Source: Oculina patagonica
Taxonomy: Eukaryota
DNA length: 64,000 bases
Reading direction: 5' to 3'
Assembly (NCBI RefSeq): GCF_052425735.1
Contig: NC_135763.1
Coordinates: forward strand, 33,356,001 to 33,420,000
Part shown: piece by piece, positions 27,601 to 38,279 of the stretch
Position numbering within the stretch: the first letter of the stretch is position 1
Layout of the letters: every line of letters begins with the position of its first letter
Notes under the pieces: generated by a model
Database searches by the model: none
What the model was told of the DNA's origin: nothing
Seen by the model: the letters and a program-made list of their open reading frames with translations, nothing else
Position numbers and translations under genes: made by a program

Positions 27601-30600
27601 TAGCGATTCTAAGTTCAACGAAGACTTGCTTTGTGAACACGGTAAGTTTACATGAAGAAGGGATGGAAGGAGGGAGGAAGCATTCAATTAATTACGTTGT
27701 ACCATTTTTTTTGTAAATAAGTGTTACTATATCGTAACCCGGGTCCACTGTAAACACTACAGTGTTGCGTTACTGAGAAACTACGATGTTGCTTGAAGAC
27801 TAGAATGTTGTGTGACCGTAACACAACCTCGTCCCCAGGGCTATCCGCATGGTGCCTGTTTGTCGGGGGCACCACGCGGACAGTCCTGGGGACGAGGTTG
27901 ACCGTAACACTGAATATTGCGGCGTTACCGTAACAGTGTAATGTTGCGTTACCGTTCCACTTCGGTGTCGCGTTACTATAACAATTCAATGTCGCGTTAC
28001 CGCAACAATGCAGGTTATAGCTAAAGCAATTACGAAACATTCACCCAGAAACTCGTGAAACAACACAATGTTTCCAGAATGGCCAACACAAGTGATTTAT
28101 GTTTGATCACTTTTGCAGGAGACCTTTCTTCGGACGAGTCATGTCGGAGGCTTGTGCCAGATGTCGTGTGGAAGAGGTTAAAATACTACTTTCCTTCCTC
28201 GCCCGAGTTTGCAGCTTCTCACGCAGTGTGTCGATCGTGTCAGGTACGAGTTTTGTTTGCCGTAATAGCATTGATGTAGGCTAAGAACTGTAAACGGGAA
28301 TTAAGTGACTGCTAAAAAGAAGTGAAATTTTGAAGTTTTTTTAACTACACAGGCGGAAGATGAAGAGGAGCGGCAAAAGACTGAGACTTATAAATTACTA
28401 GCAACGGAACAGAGAGCTGCCGTTAGTCAACTGTATCTCGACAGGAATCGGCCCTCGTTTGATAACAGTGTAAGTAAAATTTTCTACTGTAATGCAGATA
28501 TTTCATCCTAGCCGAGTTTTTGGCGGGAAAAAAGAGGCTGTGACGGTCTGACAGACACAGTATATTATGGCGGGAAACGGACGCGGTATGTTATGGCGGG
28601 AAACAGACGCGGTATGTTATGGCGGGAAACGGACGCAGTATTTAATGGCGTGAAGAGGACGTGGTATTTTGTCTGGCGGGAAACGAACGTGGCATATTAT
28701 AGTGGAAAAAGCAGATGTTGCGACAAATGTCAGATGCGCTGCATTATGGCGGAAACAAGGAATATCGCTACATGCAAAGTTTGTATTTAAGACGGAATCC
28801 ACTAGGAAGTCGAGTAATATTTATTAATGTTGGACAAAAATCAAGTACCAGAATAATTTAAATCCTATTGCGTTATTTCCTACCCTTAATAAAAGGTAAA
28901 GATGTGAGTAATTATCCCTGATAACACCAACAACAATTTCTTATCAGAGTCTGAGAAAATTAATTTCAAAGTTCACAAGCTATAGGCAAAATCTCACGTG
29001 TAGCCATTCGTCTTAAGCGATTCAGTGGAATTCAGTGGAACTTCGATCTTTGTTTTCGATGTTTGGTGTTGTTAGAAAAGATTTCTTTCGATAAGATATT
29101 TGAAGCAGTAACACAAAAGCTTGCAATCAGGTGTAAATAGTTTTGGTACATAATTTGGTCCAATAACTACTCGAAGTCCTGGCGGATTTCCTCTTAATGC
29201 GTTTCCAGCCTTCCGAGGTGTTGTATCCTCCATCGAATGTGATGAAAAGAAGTGTGGTTGTTCCAATTTCTTCTCTCAGGACCCGTTCGTCGCCTGTGCT
29301 ATTTCGAAAGATTTTCTTGATCAGTGGAGGCAGTTCTTGAGGTAATATGTCATTGAGTTGATGTCATTGAGTAATATGTCGTTGTTGCACTTGGCAACGT
29401 TCGGTACAACTTGTTGTCTCAGAATGCTTTTTTTAAACAACTGGAACATCGGAAATGAGAAAGATGTAATGCTCATCGCATCACGAGCCTGGGACAACAA
29501 AAAATCTGAGTCCTCGACGGTGGTGATCTGTAGCTGAAATTTTTTCCTTAACAGCGTGCGCTCTCATTGGCTACTCCGAGGTCACATTACGTCTTATAAT
29601 AAAACTGTTTCCTGCCAAAAGTCTCTGAGCGGGCGACATTGAAAAATTCATGACGTCAGAGGGTAACAGTGCTTTTGTTTCAGTGCTTTTGTTTCCCTCG
29701 AATCTCAATGTTTGCCTCGGCGGGAACATAAAGATTCTCAGGAAACAAAAAAACTGTTTCCCTCGGGACCATGCATTAAGTCTATATTATTGCTGCTCTT
29801 GATTATAGACTACAAAACAGTCTTCGCGTCCTCCAAAACAATGTATGCCCACACGCACTATGCAGCACGCATCACGCATCGCGTACCACGCACCAATCAC
29901 CACACGCGTGCTATGACGCCCAATCTCAACCGAAAATCAATTAGATATCTATGTACGAACTTGATGCAAAGCTTTTAAAGGTTTAAGGCGGTTACTCTAT
30001 TGGTTCAACAGGTACCCTGTAAAGAATGTCCCACCAAAGAGTATCATCAATGCTCCTCTCCTGTGCCCTCATGAAAAATTCCTCTTCAATCCTGAGTGTG
30101 AGGATGACATGGATGGTGCAAGCCAAGAGTAAGTTTTTGTTTCCAGAAGCACGATATTGTAGTTAAGTTAGTTTTTGGTACATTTTCTCCTGACCATCCC
30201 TCCCTCGATATAGGTTATGTTATGTTTGGCAACACGAGTGGAACACGCTTACCCAGTCCTACCCGTACGATCACGTGATCAGCGTCACCAAAAATGTAAC
30301 CGAAGACGATGTTCGAGAACTTGTGACAAGTCCCGGTAAGTCAATAGTTACGTTTTCTTTGCAACAGGGGCATATTTATGAGATCAGTCATTTGCTAAGT
30401 CATTTGTGGTAGATCTTCCAGCAAGTCTAAAACGACGGGATATTATCTGTTTGAATAGGAATTCTAAGTTCTAAGGGACGGACCATTATTTTCTTGGAGG
30501 GGGGTGGGGGATATGAATACTTTTCCTCTGCAAACCTTTTTTTTAGTTTATGTACCTCTGCAAACAATTCCATCTATGTTTTGTTATAATATACTGTTTG

Positions 30601-33600
30601 CAAACAATTTATATTGTCTTTCTAAGCCCTTCAAAAAAAAATTTTTCAATATTTTTTATATTACCCTCCAAAAAATAATGGTTCGTCCCTAAACATGTCA
30701 AATTTTTCATATTTTGATCTCGACTTTTTGTGAGAAACGTGATACCAATACCACTTGCTAGAGTTATCATTTAATTTTTGACAACTTTCTATTGGTTTTC
30801 CAAACTTCCCAGCCAATCAAAGAGCCAACAATCGCACGTGCAATTTATCAGCACGTGACTACTTTGACGTCTCCGCCTCCCAGACTAACTTGGCTTTTGA
30901 TTGGTCAAGAAATGAGTAAACCAATATAAAGACCAATCATTATTTAACCTGTATCAAATGGTCACGTTGCGTTTCGTGAACTTGCATTTCAGAGGTGTGC
31001 ACAGAATGCTGTTTTGCGCGGATACAGGAAAGAGCCCAACACGTGGAGAATTATCGTTATGGTACAATCTTCGTGCGGAAAATAACAAAGGACCACAGCG
31101 AGAAGGACATACAGCAAGTCTTGAATGATGTAAGCGTTCTTCTTAAAATTTTACACATAATTTTTATTTATTTTTTATTTTATTCAGCTCCACATTTGTT
31201 ATCTATTTTTAAGGAAAGTTGGTGTGAATTAAATGTAGGTGTAGACGAAGATTCTGTTTGTTTTTACCTCCATTCTTTTTTCCAGGATTTCGAGAATTTC
31301 TTTCCACTCGGGTCAAAAGTCCGTTTTAGTGCCTTGCTGTTAGGAACAATTTGCCATCTCGGCAGCCTTAATTGCTGGCTGCAGTGTAAATTTAGCGATA
31401 ACCACTGACTTTTATGCTTTATTTGTTGTCATCTTTTATGTAATGTTTAATAAATGAGCAGCAGTGTTTTATCAAGTTTAAAACACGAGGCGCAGCCGAG
31501 TGTTTTAGACTTGATAAAACACGAACTGCGAATTTATTGAACGGCTTAAAATTCTTCTGATGTAGATCAACTCATTCTTGCACTAATATTTACATTTGGG
31601 GTTATTTTGGCCTAGAAAAGTGGACGTAAAGTTTAGCCGTGTCTTTATCAGATATAAAGACACTCATTAAACATTAATTTCTTTTGTATTTTCTTTATGA
31701 ATTATTAATGAGTTTTTTAATTTATTTTACTTTTTAACAGAGTACCTCGAGCAAAGACGGCGATTCGTATTCGTTCGACCCAGACTTCCAGGTCAGTATC
31801 TAGCCAAAATACTGTTATTCACGCCATGTCGTACTGAGTTGTTTCATAATTTTAAGGCTTACAAATAGAATTTCTTCGCCGTGAGAGTTAAGGAACTGTG
31901 TCACGGATTTTAGCCAAACTTAGGCATGGGAAATGGCCATCAAATTTGGTGAAATATTAAAATAACCGCTTAATTAAAACAGTGAACGAATATTTTAACA
32001 ACACAGCAAATACAAAAGAAGGTACAGATGGCCAAAAGTGACGAAGATTCAAACGGATTGCAATATGGGTTTTTTGAAATACTATTGTGCTGAAAAGTTT
32101 TCAAAATTAATATCGTTTGCTTGTAACTTATAACGCCTGGGAGACCAGTTGGTTTGTAATGTAGCTATGGTTTTGTCATTTAGATCCACAGAAGTAATTT
32201 CTTTGCAAGCAGTAAGTTTTATAGCGAGTATTTAGCAAAACTTTATAAAATAAATATATCTCAGCCGTGACAACGCAACACCGTCTACACTCGCACTCGT
32301 GAGCCAATTACCCAGGCCAACGAACCTCCGAGCATGTGAATATCACGTGCATCTTACCAGTCCCTCTCTATTTGCAGACACCACCGGACAGTAAGAAACC
32401 AAAGCTGAACCGCGATTCTCGAGCCCGTCGAAGTTCAAGGTATGACCTTTTCTTCTTCTTTTTTTTCTTTTTTCCTTTGTTTCTTTTCATGGAATGTTTT
32501 TTTCTTGTTTGACTTTCATTTGTTCGTCACAGGCACCGTAAACAGCGCGGAGAAGTCTCACTGACTGTTGGGTCAACAGAGACTTTAAGAGATGTTAAAC
32601 TGCAGGTAACAAATTTTTGCCGTTGATTTGTCTGATCAACAGTAAATTTCTCCCTACAGTATCAATACAATGTCAGGCGGACAGGTAATAAGAATATACA
32701 AATTCATCAATAAAGGGATCATGTCCTGATGTTCCACCGAACAACTTTGTTTGCCAATCAGTTTGGTAATTCAAATCGATGTTAACAAAAAAAGTCAGCA
32801 TACGAGAACGTGAAAAGTTTCTTGTGTCCAGGCCTTAATCTTTTTCTCATTTCCGTTAGCTATGCAATAGGGAACTACGCACTCAACGTAGCTAAGGGCG
32901 CTTTCCATTAGACAGTGAGAACTGGCTGGCCAGACTGGTATATTCGACAACAGAATTCCGGTGCAAGTCAGATTTGTTCTGTCAAATCGGTCAATATTTA
33001 AATATTACATTGTTATGGTGGATTTGTGGAAAATCTCGTGCAAAAGACCCATTGCACATTCAAAACCCCCGCACCGGCCGGCCAATTCTGACAAATGGAA
33101 CGCACCCTAAGATTTTCCTCTCTGCTATCTCCGTTGCTCAGTTGTCGCGCGTGTACTCTCGTCGCGCGCGTTCTCGTAGTGGCTGTACGAGGCTAACTCA
33201 GTTGTCACGCATGCTTTTGTTTTCAGCTGATGAAGAGCTTTTCGGTGATGCCGATGGATCAGCATCTTACGTTAAATGGTGTCACACTCTCCAATAACGA
33301 AGCCACTCTTCTTTCTTTGGGAATCAAGCCAGGATCTTTATTACTACTACAGGTTCGTCTTCACTTTGAGTTCTGTCTCCGGCAAATCAAATCCGGACAC
33401 TTTTCCATGCTTATTGCCCAACTAGACTTCCCCGAGAACACCTCGTGTCACCTACATAGAATTATGGTAATAATAGAGAGAGAATTCACGGTATTGCGGT
33501 ATGGCTCAGTTAAACTAGTTAGTGGGGTATAGAGCAGTTTTCACTTGAGTGTCGAAAGTTAATTGCGTTTGCTTTGGTTTTGCATTGCTACGCTTAGTGA

Positions 33601-35377
33601 TTGGCTCAAAAATCTCGCGCCACTTTCTCAGCCAATCAGAAGTAAAACCAAAACCAATCGTGACTCGCTCGCGCACGTTTTCCCGCGCTTCGTGCCAGCT
33701 ACAAGTATTTGCTTCGAGTTTTTATTAGTTCACTGGATTTTCCGCGTCCTTTGTGATTGGCCAGAGTAATTACTTTGGTTTTGGTTATACGTCACTCAAT
33801 TGAAAACTGCTCTAATATGACGTTTGTTAATAATTATGGTTATAATTACCTTTAAAACTTGTTAATCAACTTTTTTTGGTTGCAGATTGATGAACCTCAA
33901 GGGGCCATCTCACAGGACGCTCTTCCAGGTATGCGAATTTGTTCGTGGCTTTTCGTTGTTGTAGTTAACACAATAAATAACGTATATATTTTATTAGCAT
34001 TGTATGGTAACTATTCTAAGGAACTTTCGTTTTTTAATTTTTGATAGTGAGCAACGCCCCCGAAGAAGGTTTCAAAGGTAAGCGGCGATAAACTCCGAGG
34101 ACAACTTGTAAATTATTCTTATCTGTCTTGGTTTATTTCTTATGGGAATCTGAGAAGTTTTCTTTCCGCCAGTTCTATGCTTTTGCTCTGATTGCTTTCT
34201 CCAGCCATAATCAGCCATAGTAATTACTGACCCTCCTAAAATCCTATTGTTCTCTCTCTGCAATCTATCGACGATTGCAGCCATAAACCAAAACATCAGT
34301 GTGAACGCGACTGAAATCGTCGATGTATTGCAGAGAGAGAAAAAAAATAGGGTTTTAGGAGGGTCAGTTATTGAAATAGATAATTACTGAGGCTCACAGT
34401 ATTATTGGGTATGTTGCAGGCAGCTTCGGCCGCAAATAACTACGCCAGATAAGGGCTGGTTCACATGAGCGATGGAAGCGCAAATGCAAGGAAAAACACG
34501 TACGAACTAGCACAACGCAAATGCACGAGCAAGGAATGGAGAATCTACTATTTTCTTGCACCTGGCTTGTGCTAGCTTCACGCGTGAACATTGCTAACAC
34601 AAATGCAAGGCAAACGCAAGCAAGCAAAGCGTGTCTTGTCCGCCACCTTGGAAAAAGGCTTCAACTACATCTGTGTATCTTACGTTCCTTGCGTTTGCGT
34701 TCTAAGTGTGAACGTCGCTTGCATTTGCGTTTGCATTTGCTGAGCGGCCCCCCAGGGCGGGGGGGGGGGGGGGGGGTGGTCCATGTACCCTTGTTCCAAA
34801 CAAAATTTCCCTTGTGTTTCCGTGTTCTCTAATAGTATTTCTTCGATTTTGGTGTTCCCTGTTCCCTAAAGTATGCTCTTGTCCCCGTGCTTCCAGTCTT
34901 GTTTTCCTTTTGTCCTCAAGTACCCCAAAAGTAATGGCTACGCTTGGTTCCCTTGTTTTCCTGAAACGCCTGGGAGAGCCTCTTGCTTCGCGGATAAATA
35001 AATAAAAAAATAAATAACCTTTATTTAGACACGGTGAGGATTAAAGCAAGAAGCTTGTGGGGCCGTGTATTCCTGATCGAATTGGAGTTTGGAAGTGTTG
35101 GTTTTTGTCGAGGAAGGAACACCGGAGAACCCGGAGAAAAACCCTCGGAGCAAGGACGAGAACTAACAACAAACTCAACCCACATATGATGCCAAGTCCG
35201 GGAATCGAACCCGGGAGGCGAGCGCTTTCACCACTGCGCCATCCCTGCCCCCCTTGATGTGAACAAGGCTTAACATCGTGCTTCTCTACTGCAGTAATTT
35301 GCAAGCTCCACTTAGACCACGTTAAATAATGATGTGAATTTTGTTTTTCAGGAACCGGTTTACTTGGTCACTCGTAA
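13159..35377 (+). CDS. USP48: Ubiquitin carboxyl-terminal hydrolase 48 (multi-exon)
   Basis: GT-AG exons include 13159-13313 ([15 protein letters not shown]), 13728-13798 (RNCKANPNC), 15391-15440, 16437-16496 (Cys box [16 protein letters not shown]), 17008-17108 and 17927-18179. Further exons start at ~19121 (YIDPS..QQQ), ~19780 (DAQEFSKLF), ~20810 ([22 protein letters not shown]), ~21707 (His box [23 protein letters not shown]) and ~22058 (WYKFNDE). DUSP-like exons lie at ~25.8-31.1 kb and a ubiquitin-like exon at ~33228-33352. The last exon, 35352-35377, encodes GTGLLGHS*, matching the USP48 C-terminus. Confidence 0.95.
14584..15194. mobile_element. PIF/Harbinger-like MITE in USP48 intron 2
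   Basis: TIR AGCC.CG..CAAACGGTCATGATAGTTGATGATAGTT; TTA TSD; internal repeats of TGATAGTTGATGATAGT in both orientations. Confidence 0.85.
16337..16377. repeat. (TCTTA)n microsatellite
   Basis: About 8 pentamer units. Confidence 0.9.
17144..17430 (+). mobile_element. tRNA-derived SINE with CORE-like domain (copy 1)
   Basis: A-box-like TGGT..TATGG and degenerate B-box head, then TTCTTGGGCAAGACACTTTACTCTCA. Three other copies in the window. Confidence 0.8.
18192..18502. mobile_element. Double-hairpin non-autonomous element
   Basis: Palindrome 18192-18353 followed by a second inverted pair TTTATACCATGCCATAGAAAATAC (18355-18378 / 18479-18502). Confidence 0.7.
20160..20333. mobile_element. Short hAT-like MITE
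   Basis: TIR CAAAGCTGTGCTCT / AGAGCACAGCTTTG; flanks AGGTA / AGCTA. Confidence 0.65.
21022..21275 (+). mobile_element. tRNA-derived SINE with V/Meta-type core (copy 1)
   Basis: tRNA-like head GGGAGCAGGGATAGTGCAGTGGTGAGAGCGCTCG...TTTGATTCCC; core GGGTTTTTTCCAGGTTCTCCGGTTTTCCTCCC; second copy at ~35070-35255. Confidence 0.75.
22163..22533 (+). mobile_element. hAT deletion derivative retaining the transposase C-terminal dimerisation fragment
   Basis: ORF 22250-22441 contains [36 protein letters not shown] (hAT dimerisation motif); imperfect 15-bp TIR CA.AGG.GGC.GAGC. Confidence 0.8.
24610..24845. mobile_element. Hairpin-headed non-autonomous element
   Basis: Palindrome AATTATTCCATGAGCG..GTTGGATATGAG / CTCATATCCAAC..CGCGAGTGGAATAATT (24610-24685) plus a repeated GAATTGCAATAT. 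Confidence 0.6.
25405..25797. mobile_element. Kolobok-like MITE (copy 1)
   Basis: TIR AGGGA(T/C)TGTGT(C/T)ACGG; TTAA on the right flank; clearly homologous copy at ~31891-32272. Confidence 0.75.
26475..26749. mobile_element. CCAAT-rich MITE (copy 1)
   Basis: TIR TAGAGC(G/A)GTTTTCA; homologous copy at 33530-33814. Confidence 0.8.
26944..27244 (-). mobile_element. tRNA-derived CORE-like SINE (copy 2, full length)
   Basis: Reverse complement of copy 1; 12-bp TSD AGCCAATCAGAT (26932-26943, 27245-27256). Confidence 0.88.
27824..27900. mobile_element. 77-bp palindromic MITE with 9-bp TSD
   Basis: CAACCTCGTCCCCAGG...CCTGGGGACGAGGTTG; perfect TSD ACCGTAACA. Confidence 0.85.
28520..28760. repeat. 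Degenerate ~26-27-bp minisatellite
   Basis: Repeated TATGGCGGGAAAC(G/A)GACGCGGTATGT units. Confidence 0.75.
31449..31720. mobile_element. Hairpin-headed non-autonomous element
   Basis: GTGTTTTATCAAGTTTAAAACACGAG-GCGCAGC-CGAGTGTTTTAGACTTGATAAAACAC palindrome; right boundary approximate. Confidence 0.6.
31891..32272. mobile_element. Kolobok-like MITE (copy 2)
   Basis: Homologous to 25405-25797 throughout; right end truncated at GCCGTGACA. Confidence 0.75.
32896..33107. mobile_element. PIF/Harbinger-like MITE
   Basis: GGGCGCTTTCCATT / AATGGAACGCACCC termini with TAA TSD. Confidence 0.7.
33530..33814. mobile_element. CCAAT-rich MITE (copy 2)
   Basis: TAGAGCAGTTTTCA...TGAAAACTGCTCTA. Confidence 0.85.
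34226..34368. mobile_element. Short palindromic MITE
   Basis: ACTGACCCTCCTAAAA..CTCTCTCTGCAAT / ATTGCAGAGAGAG..TTTTAGGAGGGTCAGT inverted arms. Confidence 0.7.
35070..35255 (-). mobile_element. tRNA-derived V/Meta-type SINE (copy 2)
   Basis: Reverse-complement homolog of 21022-21275, with an intact B box (GGTTCGATTCC on the minus strand). Confidence 0.75.
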
Positions 35378-36168
35378 AAAGTTGAAGAAATGGACGTTGC
35401 AGACGTACGGCGCAATAAAACAGTGGGGAAATAAGTGCTAGTTTTGGCAAATCTTCCTTGAAGCACTCGAAGAGTTTCCGAATTATTCCATCCAATCAAA
35501 AACTAGCGCGTGCGCTCGCGGATCCTTCGAAAGCAATCGCGCGTACGAATATGTCATGTTGCTTAGCAACTTCTGGGACGAAAACCGCGAGCTCAGTCAC
35601 TTTTCGGAAAGGTGATTTCGGCATCAACTGGCACTTGTTCCCCCAACTGAAAAGGACAGTGGCAAGATAATTGGGTGCAAAGCCGGCTCAATTAAGAAGA
35701 ATATCAAAAATATTCGTTTAATGTCTGAAAACACGTTTTAAAATATCTTTTATGCAACGATACTCAACTGTCTCGTGGTTCAATTCATTGAAGAGAGAGA
35801 AAGAAATTCTGATTACACCCACTTTTGTCCCAGAAACAAGGCAATTAGAGCCTTTGTCACGCAACTCACTTCTCCATGGTTAGGAGGAAGCGTTGCGTGA
35901 CGACTTTAGGAGACGGCCTGAGTTAAGTAATTTTCAAATAAGAGTGTAGGAAGCACTCCGCACAGTGGTATGGTTTTCTTGTTTATAGTAATGGTCGGAG
36001 CTCAATTTAAATGTGTACAATAATAATTTATAGTGTGAAATAAATAAAAAAATGATATACCTCCGCAATGTATACAGTGAAAAAGTAAAGTATTTGAAAC
36101 AGTTGAGGAAGACTCTGTTCGAGTTTTTGTTGAATATTCCACTATGGTGTCTCGCATAGCCGCGTTAA

Positions 36169-36821
36169 GGTATCACGGAAGGAAAATTGGCGTTTTCGTT
36201 CCAAGTGAAATTGTGTGCAAACTATCAACGGTAACCCCAATAAAGTATTCATTTTCTGAAGGTTTATTGAATAAAGATTCTAATTATTTGGATTTTGTTT
36301 TGAACATGTAGACCATAATAAGCAACGTTAGCATTTTGTTAGTAATTAAGATGTTGTGTAACATTAGCTTTATTTGAGAACACATTTACATGAGCGCCTA
36401 AACTTTTATGTGGAATTTGATCGGTGTTTCAGATTTTTCTTTTTTTTTTGCTCTAAAAACTTAAAAATGACGTTTTTTGGGCATTTCTAAGTTAAAAAAT
36501 TCACCAAAAAATAATGAGGCAAAAAAACAAAAATCTGAGACATCGTTTTTTAGACCAATATATGTAGATCAAATTCCCCATAAAAGCCGTTTAGGCGCTC
36601 ACATGAATGTGTTCTCAAATAAACCTAATGTTGCACAACATCATAATTGCAAACAAAATGCCAAAGTTGCTTATTATGGTCCATATGATCAAAACAAAAT
36701 CCAAAATTACAATCTTTATTCAATAAGATTTCAGAAAATATATACTTAATTGGGGTTACCGTTGATAGTTTATACACAATTTTACTTGGAACGAAAACGC
36801 CAATTTTCTTTCCGTGATACC
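36169..36821. mobile_element. Foldback/Kolobok-like element with very long TIRs
   Basis: GGTATCACGGAA(G/A)GAAAATTGGCGTTTTCGTTCCAAGT inverted arms of >250 bp; flanks TTAA / TTAT. Confidence 0.85.
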
Positions 36822-36827
36822 TTATAC

Positions 36828-36934
36828 TAGTCTCCCTCGCAGCCGTTCTTAGTGTCGTCACGCAAAATTCCTCCCCCCTTCTAGTGGGGAGGAATTTTGC
36901 GTGACGACACTAAGAACGGCTGCGAGGGAGACTA
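36828..36934. mobile_element. 107-bp near-perfect palindromic MITE with 9-bp TSD
   Basis: TAGTCTCCCTCGCAGCCGTTCTTAGTGTCGTCACGCAAAATTCCTCCCC arms; TSD ACCTTATAC (36819-36827, 36935-36943). Confidence 0.9.
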
Positions 36935-37021
36935 ACCTTATACAAGATATAAAAAGAAAAAAATATGCCCGTTTTATGAGTCAAATATTTCACCAAGCTT
37001 CACTTTAAAATAGCAAACACC

Positions 37022-37098
<77 letters not shown>
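37022..37098. repeat. (TTA)n microsatellite
   Basis: About 25 perfect trinucleotide units. Confidence 0.95.
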
Positions 37099-37100
<2 letters not shown>

Positions 37101-38279
37101 AAGGGGCAGGCGGTTCTGAGGACGAGAATGCCTTCCCGTCTTGCAATTTTCTCATAAGCGACAAACTGTACGAGTCAGTAGGAACAGACTAGATGTCCTT
37201 ACATGGAACGAACGTGTTTATAGTTTAGTGTTTTGCAGATCAAAGAAGAGATCAGGTGTACCATGCCTGAATTAAGATTTATTAATTCTTAGTAATAATA
37301 AACATTTTAAGAGGTTTGATTCAAACAACAAAGTATACTATACGAATAGCATGGATTACGGGAAAATTTACAAATACCTTTCAATGAAATGCTAGGTTTC
37401 TTTAGTTTCATTTTTAAAACGAAATGAATACAGTAGGGCTTAAAACACAATGAAAGGTACGCATAAAAATCGCCCAAGCTAAAATAGCGAATTAGCTCAA
37501 AAACTGGTAGCCCCTTCTTGCAGCTTAAACAAATTAAACCTGCTGTTAAAGTAAGCGAGAACATCAGAGATGCTCTTAGCAATCTCGGTTGATCTTTTTG
37601 GTTACATCACAACACAGAGGAGCAAGAAAATAAAAATGTGAACTTCAAACGATTTTTACTGTAAGTTACTAAGGTTACCAGCAGCCTGAATTTACGAACT
37701 TTCTGCAGTAATTTTGTTTTTCCTTTCAACTTTTTGGTTGTTATATAGAATAGCCAAGGTAAACAGATCGGAAAGCAGTCCGCAGTTTATATAGAAATTT
37801 AATTCGAACAGAGTTCAATCATTTCTTATTTATTACAAGGTCCGAGTTTCTACGTTGACTTTTTTTCTCGGCAGACGAGGAAGACAAATGGTTCATGAGC
37901 AATGCGGACTGTTTTAACGAGTTTAACTTTGCCTTTCTAACCTAAAGTAAACAACAGAGAATGCTTTTTACAAACTGTTAAAATATATCTTTCCGAGACC
38001 CTGGGAACGAGGTTGATCTTTCTGTTGGTTTCCAAACATTTCAACCAATCAAAGAGCCATCAACCGCACGCGCAATGTTTGATTGGCAGGCCAAAAGAGC
38101 AAGTGAAGTGAAGGAAACCAACATAAAGACATCCTCGGTCTAAACTGTTAACGATAACAATAACAAGATTTCTTTTACAAAATGCGTGATAAAACATTCA
38201 TGTCTTTAAGTTCACGTTTCAAACTAAGTTCTAACGATTTTGTCATGTTGTTACATCACCACTTAAAATGGTGACCATG

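Noticed and set aside
28520-28760. CRISPR-like periodic repeats
   Set aside because: Degenerate tandem units without unique spacers, in a eukaryotic intron with no cas genes.
35558-35570. X-box-like GTTGCTTAGCAAC
   Set aside because: Lies in the USP48 3' UTR with no nearby promoter evidence; likely repeat-derived or chance.
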